28,668 nt of DNA from NCBI GenBank assembly GCA_037441705.1, contig JBBIRR010000047.1, positions 1-28,668 on the forward strand. Direction: 5' to 3'. Position numbers and translations under genes: made by a program. Shown here piece after piece: positions 1-6,885 of the stretch. Source of the stretch: Ignavibacteriales bacterium. GTDB taxonomy: Bacteria > Bacteroidota > Ignavibacteria > UBA10030 > UBA6906. Below the pieces are notes generated by a model, which made no database searches, was not told where the DNA came from, and worked only from the letters and a program-made list of their open reading frames with translations. The first letter of the stretch is position 1, and each line of letters opens with the position of its first letter.

Positions 1-595
1 TCAAGAGTCTTGTGATGACTTCAAACGCTCGGTAATAGGTCCCAGTTTGCGTCGGTGTGTACGTGAAAGTGTAAGTGCGTGTGCTGTTACTTCCGATCGA
101 TAGCAGGCTTGAAGTCTGATCTGAATCATACGGAGGTGATTGGTTTCTATCGACGAGCAAACGCACTCGGGCATTCAGTGTCTGTGAGACTCTGTTTCTC
201 ACGACGATTTGAACTGTCACTTGCGTGCCCGGCTCAATTGTGCCGGAGGGGGAAATGTTGACACTCTCGACGTAAGGATAAATGCGGTTGATCTCGAGGT
301 TGGTGGTTTGCCCCGAATTGACATTTACAGGCCCGCCGTCTCCCCAATACTCTTCACCGAAAAATGTACCGGTGTAGTATGCTTCGCAAGTGTATGAGCC
401 AGTTGGGATATTGTTGAAGCAGTTCGGTGTGTATACAGACACGTTGCCAGGATAGCGAACCACACGTGCACCAGATATTGTTGAACCGCCAACATTGCGA
501 ACCGTAACACAGAGATTACCTGTTTGTCCTTCAGTTGGTGTCACCCCTGCCAAAGTTATGAATCCGAGCATTAAGAGGAGAAGCAATCTTGGCAT
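1..595 (-). CDS. Secreted beta-sandwich (Ig/CARDB-like) protein, 3'-truncated by window edge; gene of cassette 2
   Basis: Not in the ORF track; manual translation from ATG at 595 is open to the edge (198 codons): MPRLLLLLMLGFITLAGVTPTEG-QTGNLCVTVRNVGGSTISGARVV...SPSGTIEPGTQVTVQIVVRN...TRTYTFTYTPTQTGTY. Signal peptide, GAAAGGAG SD upstream, alternating beta-strand pattern. Confidence 0.85.
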   Translation of the reverse strand, partial: MPRLLLLLMLGFITLAGVTPTEGQTGNLCVTVRNVGGSTISGARVVRYPGNVSVYTPNCFNNIPTGSYTCEAYYTGTFFGEEYWGDGGPVNVNSGQTTNLEINRIYPYVESVNISPSGTIEPGTQVTVQIVVRNRVSQTLNARVRLLVDRNQSPPYDSDQTSSLLSIGSNSTRTYTFTYTPTQTGTYYRAFEVITRLL

Positions 596-650
596 ATCGG
601 CTCCTTTCTTTGTTGCAACGGCTCCCTTCAATCAGAGAGCGGGCAATTGC

Positions 651-798
651 ATATAACGTTTACCGTAGCAACGCAGCGCCGCACTCCACGCTTTTTATAA
701 TTGAGTGCGGCGTTGAGCGAGTTCTATATGTCGTGCTGCGCGTTGGCATGTGCGTTGACTTACCAAATGAACGAGCGTCGTTGCTACGGTTGTTGTGC
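651..798 (-). mobile_element. attC-like recombination site (non-canonical)
   Basis: On the minus strand GCACAAC-AACCG-TAGCAACG ... CGTTGCTA-CGGTAAAC-GTTATAT. AAC/GTT ends, perfect 12-bp stem (662-673 with 779-790), internal hairpin 677-686/703-712. Lies between two co-oriented ORFs next to an integrase. Confidence 0.8.
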
Positions 799-1421
799 GC
801 AGTGCGAGCACCGTTTCGTAGCTATTACTCATATCAGTTATTGCTGACTGTAAGGCTCGCAACCACATTGAGGGTTACCACCTTGGCAGAAGCATTTAGG
901 CTTTGTACCCGAAGGACAATTGATTGAACAGCTGCCAAACAGACAACTCACTTGACAGCTTCCACCGCCCGAACCACCACCTCCGATTGGAGCCGTTGGG
1001 CTTGAATCGAGAGATAGGGTTTGGAAGAACTGTTGCATATCCGTGGTCTCCTGTGCCCTTAATGCCGTGAGTGCGCTGTTCAGCCGATCGATTTCCTTCG
1101 TGTATGTAGGGTAATCGTTCTTCTTGAGCGCTGCGAATACAGCTTTGTAGGCACTCTGGAGATTGGTGTTTTGCTTTAGCGATGGATGTGCACTCAACCA
1201 TGCCATAAACGCATTGAAGTTTTGTTCCTGTTGAGCTGACACATTTAACGCCACTGCTACGGAGTCGGCACCCTTCGGGGGTGGTGGAGATGCATAAACC
1301 GAGATCTGGAACAAGACTGTAACCAGACCTAGGATCCACAAAACGAGGCGTGTCTTCATAAGTACCTCCTTCTGTATAATTGGTTGATGGTTTAGTTGAT
1401 TGGTGCGAGCATTGCGCACAA
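657..1421 (-). mobile_element. Complete gene cassette 1 (765 bp)
   Basis: Bounded by G^TT at 1422/1421 and 657/656. The start GTTGTGCGCAATGCTCGCACC (1422-1402) is an 18/21 inverted match to the R''-side sequence 792-812. Contains a single ORF. Confidence 0.75.
838..1359 (-). CDS. Secreted protein with helical domain, Gly/Ser linker and C-terminal 8-Cys domain (173 aa)
   Basis: Start moved from 1509 to ATG 1359: AGGAGGT SD directly upstream, signal peptide MKTRLVLWILGLVTVLFQISVYA. Ends GGGGSGGGS-CQVSCLFGSCSINCPSGTKPKCFCQGGNPQCGCEPYSQQ. Confidence 0.85.
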   Translation of the reverse strand: MKTRLVLWILGLVTVLFQISVYASPPPPKGADSVAVALNVSAQQEQNFNAFMAWLSAHPSLKQNTNLQSAYKAVFAALKKNDYPTYTKEIDRLNSALTALRAQETTDMQQFFQTLSLDSSPTAPIGGGGSGGGSCQVSCLFGSCSINCPSGTKPKCFCQGGNPQCGCEPYSQQ

Positions 1422-1483
1422 CATCTCTAACATCGTATTGCGTTTTTGTTTTGCTGTGTTCGTAGATCCGCATTTCGTTTTTG
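1416..1483 (-). mobile_element. attI-like site
   Basis: Core GTTGTGC (1422-1416) with no attC-type hairpin upstream, tandem GATGTT (GATGTTAGAGATGTTG), and 13/15 direct repeats at 1434-1448 and 1469-1483, all within 100 bp of the integrase stop. Confidence 0.6.
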
Positions 1484-1520
1484 CTCCGAGCTCTCGATAA
1501 TAGACGCATTAAGGGTGCGT

Positions 1521-2396
1521 CTATGACCCGTTTTTCTGAACGATTTGTTCAATCGGACTGCGGATGTTCGCCATAACACGCTTGCTCACGTGTGTATAGA
1601 CCTCGGTTGTCCGCAGACTGCTGTGCCCAAGCAGCTCCTGTATGTAACGAATATCGGTTCCCTGTTCGAGCAAGTGTGTTGCAAACGCATGACGCAAGGA
1701 ATGTATAGACACTTGTTTTGTGATTCCTGCTTTCACAACCGCCTGCTCAAACACCTTCTCTGCACTCCGCACAGAGTATGCCCTCCCTTCCTTCTGTCCC
1801 TCGAACAACCATTCCTTGGGTTTGTATGCTCTCCAATACTCCCTCAACATTTCAATGATTACGTCCGACAGCAACGTGTACCGATCCTTTTTCCCCTTGC
1901 CGGAGCGAATGTGTATCATTTTCCTCTGGCTATCAATATCTGCCAGTTTCAAATGCACAACCTCACCTACGCGTAACCCGGCGGAATAGACCAGCATCAG
2001 CATCGTCCTGTGTTTCAAGTTGCCCAAAGCATCAAACAACCTCTTGACTTCCTCCGAAGAGAGGATAACAGGTAGTGACTTTTCTTTCTTCGGCCGGGGA
2101 ATACTGCCGATGGCAAAGGGCAGCTTGTATAAGTCTACGTACAACAAACGCATCGCGTTGATCATCTGATTCACACTGGACGCCTTCCAATGTTCCTTCT
2201 CCAGAAGATGGAGAAGAAAGGAACGCAAGTCCTCACTCGACAATTCACGAGGATGTTTGGGCCAGTAGTGCCGGACCAATGTGCGAATGCAGCTTTGATA
2301 GGCCTTGACCGTCTTGTGTGAGTACCCCTTCAACCGCATTTCGCGGCGCAGGGTTTCGAAGAGTCCAGGCGTGGGCGGCTGGTGCGGGGTGTTCAT
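1521..2396 (-). CDS. Tyrosine recombinase, integron-integrase-like (N-terminal SAM-like domain), lacking the IntI-specific insertion
   Basis: Catalytic motifs GLRV, GKGKKDR, HSLRH, LLGH, TEVYTHV all intact. N-terminus 'MRLKGYSHKTVKAY' and 'RPKKEKSLPVILS' resemble IntI. 291 aa. Confidence 0.93.
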   Translation of the reverse strand: MNTPHQPPTPGLFETLRREMRLKGYSHKTVKAYQSCIRTLVRHYWPKHPRELSSEDLRSFLLHLLEKEHWKASSVNQMINAMRLLYVDLYKLPFAIGSIPRPKKEKSLPVILSSEEVKRLFDALGNLKHRTMLMLVYSAGLRVGEVVHLKLADIDSQRKMIHIRSGKGKKDRYTLLSDVIIEMLREYWRAYKPKEWLFEGQKEGRAYSVRSAEKVFEQAVVKAGITKQVSIHSLRHAFATHLLEQGTDIRYIQELLGHSSLRTTEVYTHVSKRVMANIRSPIEQIVQKNGS

Positions 2397-2614
2397 TGCG
2401 TTCTCCAGAGGAGTTCGAAAGAAATACCTCCCCCTACTTATATAAACTCAAACAGGTAACAGCTCCGGAGCGGGTGATGTGCACCAATCCGACGGCGTCG
2501 AGGAGGGGCGCGGGGATGGGGTGGGATACGCGCTCACGAACCACTCCTTACATTGGTGTGCGTTCGGATTCCCCGTTGAAGCTGAGGATGGCTTGAGGTG
2601 CAGCTGGTTGCACG

Positions 2615-2643
2615 AAGATAGCACAGGCATGAAAGAAAGTCAA
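2615..2643 (-). promoter_or_regulatory. Putative sigma70 promoter upstream of the integrase
   Basis: TTGACT-N17-TATCTT on the minus strand, about 220 bp upstream of the integrase ATG. Confidence 0.5.
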
Positions 2644-2781
2644 GACCTCCGCGCTTGCTGCTCAAGAAACTACCCGCAGGGAAGAGAAGTGGTGATGAGG
2701 TTTTCAACGGGGGGTGTCATCTTCACTCCCAACGTGCTTTGCCCGCCGGGAATGTAAACAACAAAGCAATCTGGCAGGCAG

Positions 2782-4020
2782 TCAGGGATTCCGGAATCCC
2801 CCCAACCGATGCTTCACATACGCAAACGCTCCGAAGGCTCGCACGGCTTCGGCCTGGGCATGCACGGTGCCGATATCGCCGACCTTGTAGCCATCCTCGC
2901 CGCCGTGCGGGTTCCAGCCGTTGCGGATACCGTGATCGCTTTCGCGATGCAGTGTCACCGTCGCTTTGCCGTGGGCGTTCGTCCAGACGTGGTCCAGCAT
3001 TCTCTCGATCTTCGCCGGCAAATCGGATAACTCGTCGGGGGCGATCAGGTAGGCATCGATCAGAAAATTGACGAACGCACCGTTGCCGTCCATGTGAATC
3101 TGATAGAAATCCACCGGATCCACCCATCCCGTTGCCGGATCCATAATCCGTCTCGCGGTTGCAACCACGATCTTTTTGTATTTCTCATCCTTCGTTACAT
3201 TATACAGCGCCGCGCCGATGGAACAATAGCCGGTCCCGTTCCAGGGCAGTTCTTTTCCGAAGGCCGCCCGCCCGTGGCGTCCCTCCCATCGTCCGTTGCC
3301 CTTGTACAGCGCCCGCTCCACGCCGGGAAACTGCGCGTCACCGTTCCAGACGAGCAAGGCGTCGTCGAGGTACTGCCGCTCGCCCGTGGCTTCGAACAGC
3401 ATGCATGCAACGGTGGCCATCTGGTTCATGTTCGTGTTGGTAAAGATGGGCTCGTTCACGCGCGCCTTCGGCGGCCAGTTGTACCACGTCCAGTACCCTT
3501 CGTGATTGGAGAGCCTGCCTTCGTTGCGCGCTTGCATGTAGCGACGGACAGCATCTTGCACGAGCGCGGTGTTCCAACGGCCGGAAACATCCCACCACTT
3601 CAATTCCGCAATGCACGCCCATGCGCGGTCATCAACCCAATAGCCGTTATCCAACCGCAGCAAACTCCGCTCGATGGTGTGGAAGCGCAGCAACATGGAA
3701 TCGTGCGTCACGGCAAACATGAACGCGTTGCCGATTGCCCCGTAGGCTCCTTCCCAGCCGGGAGTGTACACGCGCTGAAATTGCTGGTTGATGGCGTATG
3801 CACGCTGCATCCATAGTTCTTGCGGCCGGTAGGTCGGCGTCGTGGCGGGAGTTTCAGCCTCTGCCGTCTTGCGCTCACCCGCTGGGTTGCGCGTCAGCAG
3901 GAACACTGCTGCAGCGCTCGCCGCCACCAACAGAGCTGCGGCAAGGCGCCCGCGCGCCGATAGCGGTGTTCTGTGGCTTTCCGCCGAAGAGTGTTCCTTT
4001 TTTTTCTGGGACTTGCGCAT
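2782..4020 (-). CDS. Glycoside hydrolase family 76-like protein, membrane-anchored
   Basis: YWVDDRAW matches the GH76 adjacent-Asp catalytic motif; (alpha/alpha)6-type repeats; N-terminal basic stretch plus TM helix. Start taken at MRKSQ (4020) rather than 4104. Confidence 0.65.
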   Translation of the reverse strand: MRKSQKKKEHSSAESHRTPLSARGRLAAALLVAASAAAVFLLTRNPAGERKTAEAETPATTPTYRPQELWMQRAYAINQQFQRVYTPGWEGAYGAIGNAFMFAVTHDSMLLRFHTIERSLLRLDNGYWVDDRAWACIAELKWWDVSGRWNTALVQDAVRRYMQARNEGRLSNHEGYWTWYNWPPKARVNEPIFTNTNMNQMATVACMLFEATGERQYLDDALLVWNGDAQFPGVERALYKGNGRWEGRHGRAAFGKELPWNGTGYCSIGAALYNVTKDEKYKKIVVATARRIMDPATGWVDPVDFYQIHMDGNGAFVNFLIDAYLIAPDELSDLPAKIERMLDHVWTNAHGKATVTLHRESDHGIRNGWNPHGGEDGYKVGDIGTVHAQAEAVRAFGAFAYVKHRLGGFRNP

Positions 4021-4172
4021 CCTACACGTGAGGAAAGGGCAAATGAACAGCCGTAAGCTAAGAATGCATTCTCCGAAACACAAGTCAGATACCGCCACGC
4101 ACATTCACGGTCTGTACTTTTTCAGAGTTTTCTCGTATCATTCTCGGCAGCGTTCACAATAATGAGGTTTGA

Positions 4173-4985
4173 ATGCGTGCTCTCGTTCTCTGCATCCTCG
4201 TCATGCATGCTGCGTATGCCGAAGGACCCGCCCCTGCCGAGCAGCCCTCGCATGGCTCAAGTATCGAGCATGATCTTTCCTTATTCTTCCGACTCACCAG
4301 CCGCGGGCTTACGGCTCCGCTGCACTGGGAACAGGATGACTGGAGGAACGCCGCCGGAACAGTTTTCTTCACCGGCCTCTCCGGCTTGCTCGATGAAGAA
4401 GCCTACACAACCGCGCTGAGGAATCGCTCCGCCACTAACGACAAGCTCGAGCGTGTCTTTGAAGCATACAGCAACGGCCTCACGGGCATTATGTTTTCCG
4501 GCGTGTTCTACACCTCGGGACTCCTGTTCGACAGCGAGTGGCTCCGCGGAACAGGCCTGGTCATCGCAAGCGCACTCACCATCTCTGCCATTACCCAAAC
4601 GACGTTCAAGTACATTGCCGGGCGCGCGCGACCGTACACCGGATTTAGCAACTCTAAGTTCCGTCCGTTTTCGTTCAACTCCGATTTTGTCGCCTTCCCT
4701 TCCGGGCACACCATCGTTGCGTTCACCGTTTCCACCGTGCTGTCCAAACGGATCGACAACATCTACGCCTCCATTGCGCTGTACTCGGCCGCGGCGCTCG
4801 GAGGATTCTCGCGCATCTACTCGGGCAATCACTGGTTGTCGGATGTGGTGTTCGGAGGCGTGCTCGCGGTTTATGTTTCCTCATGGGCGGTGAGGCAGTA
4901 TGAAGGCGAACAGCACAGCGACGACAACTCCGGCCTGAAGATTTTCCCTCATGCCAATGGACTGCGGATAGTATGGAAGTTTTGA
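4173..4985 (+). CDS. PAP2 family phosphatase
   Basis: Motifs KYIAGRARP, FPSGH, SRIYSGNHWLSDV. Confidence 0.92.
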   Translation: MRALVLCILVMHAAYAEGPAPAEQPSHGSSIEHDLSLFFRLTSRGLTAPLHWEQDDWRNAAGTVFFTGLSGLLDEEAYTTALRNRSATNDKLERVFEAYSNGLTGIMFSGVFYTSGLLFDSEWLRGTGLVIASALTISAITQTTFKYIAGRARPYTGFSNSKFRPFSFNSDFVAFPSGHTIVAFTVSTVLSKRIDNIYASIALYSAAALGGFSRIYSGNHWLSDVVFGGVLAVYVSSWAVRQYEGEQHSDDNSGLKIFPHANGLRIVWKF

Positions 4986-5144
4986 TGTGAGATCCCACGC
5001 TCGCCGATCATCTTCCGTTGTAAGCACGAAGCCACCGACCGCGGTGAACGCTGTATCGAATTCGATGCGCGCGTTCCAACTTCCGAGTGAATGTCGTATA
5101 TTGGAACCGAACGCAGATTATCCTCACATACAGAGAGCGGCCTC

Positions 5145-6452
5145 ATGGCAAAAGCATCCGTTGCAGGATTGAGACAACGTTCGGCTGAACCGAACATCCG
5201 ACGCGCGTCGTCAATGGCAGACACGCTTATTGGTTCGGAGATTCTGAAGATTGCAACGGATATCCGCGCAATGATTGCCGACGGACGGACCATCTGCAAT
5301 CTTACCGTCGGCGATTTCAGTCCTGCCGAGTTTCGCATCCCGAGATTTCTGGAGGAGAATATCCTCGATGCACTGCAGCGCGGCGAAACCAACTACCCGC
5401 CCTCCGACGGCATGCTTGTGCTCAAGAAATCCATCCTCGCCTTCTACGAACGGTGGCTCGGTCTGCGCTATCCGCTCGAGTCGGTTCTTGTCACCGGCGG
5501 TTCCCGTCCGGGAATCTACGGCACCTATCGCACATTGGTTGATCCGGGCGACGTGGTGGTGTACCCCGTTCCGTCGTGGAACAACAACCACTACTGCCAT
5601 CAGGTGGGAGCCGAGGGTGTTGCCGTGCAGTGCAGCAGCGAAGAGGCGTTCCTTCCTACGCGCGCGCTGCTTGCGCGGGCGATCCGCGGCGCACGCCTTC
5701 TTGCCTTGAACTCGCCGCTGAACCCAACCGGCACGGCGTTCACACGCGACGCGCTGGAGGGCATATGCGATCTGGTGTTGGAAGAGAATGCGCGACGGGC
5801 GCGCAGCGAGCGCCCCCTGTATCTTCTCTACGATCAGGTGTACTGGATGCTGACCTTTGGCGCGACACGCCATTACACGCCTCTTGAGCTGCGCCCGGAA
5901 CTGGAGCCGTTTACGATTTTCATTGATGGCATCTCCAAGGCGTTTGCCGCAACCGGCGTGCGTGTGGGATGGGTACTCGGTCCGCCGGACATTGTGCAGA
6001 AGATGTCCAGCATCATAGGCCACGTCGGTGCGTGGGCGCCGCGCGCCGAACAGGTCGCCGTCGCCAAACTCCTGAGCGCCACCGATATCATCAAGGCGTA
6101 CCAGCGCGAGATGAAAACAAAGCTTCAAGCGCGCCTCGATGCCCTCTACAAAGGTCTCACCACATTGCGCAAAGAAGGCTTGCCCGTTGATGTCATTCCG
6201 CCGATGGGCGCCATATATCTTGCCGCACGCTTTGCACTGAACGGGAGACGAACTTCTGCAGGAACACTGCTCACAACAAATGAGGACATCCGCACCTTTC
6301 TTCTGCACGAGGCCGGACTTGCCATCGTTCCCTTTCAAGCTTTCGGCATGAAGGAAGACACCGGATGGTTCAGGCTTTCGGTCGGTGCTGTGTCACTCCG
6401 GGAACTTGAGGAGGTGATGCCGAGACTGAGGAAGGCTCTCGCATCGGTATAG
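5145..6452 (+). CDS. PLP-dependent class I/II aminotransferase (aspartate aminotransferase-like)
   Basis: NSPLNPTG, YDQVY, SKAFAATGVRVGW (PLP lysine), FRLS. Start uncertain (5091 or 5145). Confidence 0.92.
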   Translation: MAKASVAGLRQRSAEPNIRRASSMADTLIGSEILKIATDIRAMIADGRTICNLTVGDFSPAEFRIPRFLEENILDALQRGETNYPPSDGMLVLKKSILAFYERWLGLRYPLESVLVTGGSRPGIYGTYRTLVDPGDVVVYPVPSWNNNHYCHQVGAEGVAVQCSSEEAFLPTRALLARAIRGARLLALNSPLNPTGTAFTRDALEGICDLVLEENARRARSERPLYLLYDQVYWMLTFGATRHYTPLELRPELEPFTIFIDGISKAFAATGVRVGWVLGPPDIVQKMSSIIGHVGAWAPRAEQVAVAKLLSATDIIKAYQREMKTKLQARLDALYKGLTTLRKEGLPVDVIPPMGAIYLAARFALNGRRTSAGTLLTTNEDIRTFLLHEAGLAIVPFQAFGMKEDTGWFRLSVGAVSLRELEEVMPRLRKALASV

Positions 6453-6455
6453 TAG

Positions 6456-6760
6456 AGGCAGGATGCGGTTTGGGGTTCGACGATCGGATGCAGGATGTGG
6501 GTTCAGGATGCACGATGAGAATCCGTCATGCTGAGCGCTGCTTTCCAAGCGCGAAGCATCCAGAACCGAGGCGCGGGTTTTATGTTCAATCCCGGACGGG
6601 GTTCGAGGTTTGGGGTTTGAGGTTTGGGGTTCGATGCGGGAGGGATGCAGAGGATGCAAGATTCAGGATGATTCTCGTTCTGGATTCTTCGCCCGGTTGC
6701 GCCGAGCACCCTTCGACTCCGTCCCGCTGAAAGGCGGCGGGACTGCGCTCAGGGTGATAC
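6456..6760. repeat. Intergenic composite repeat: heptamer runs plus REP-like inverted repeats
   Basis: GRGGTTY x5 at 6598-6632; several (CA)GGATGC units; inverted pair GTCATGCTGAGCGC (6525-6538) / GCGCTCAGGGTGAT (6745-6758); inner hairpin GTCCCGC/GCGGGAC (6721-6743). Confidence 0.7.
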
Positions 6761-6885
6761 CGGCGTTCGGACGTCACGGCTTACGCGCCCCACACGCGCG
6801 CCGTAATGGAAAGGCAGGCGATGTGAGCCTGCCGCGGCGCGGGCAGATCAACATGTGATACCACCGAAGTTTCGCCTCAACCGGC

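Noticed and set aside
589-927. 112-aa plus-strand ORF over the attC-like site
   Set aside because: Antisense to supported genes, overlaps a structured site, no recognisable protein features.
1360-1509. 50-codon N-terminal extension of the cassette 1 ORF through the attI-like site
   Set aside because: The SD and signal peptide point to ATG 1359. The extension crosses the recombination site and is probably incidental, although leader translation cannot be excluded.
1521-2396. Calling the recombinase intI, xerC/xerD or a prophage integrase
   Set aside because: Lacks the IntI insertion, the context is not that of a housekeeping Xer gene, and there are no phage genes or tRNA att site; no symbol assigned.
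2397-2460. LexA/SOS box upstream of the integrase
   Set aside because: No clean CTGT-N8-ACAG or GAAC-N4-GTTC match found; the lineage's LexA motif is unknown to me.
6456-6760. CRISPR array
   Set aside because: Repeats are degenerate 7-mers with no constant 23-47-bp repeat and unique spacers; no cas genes.
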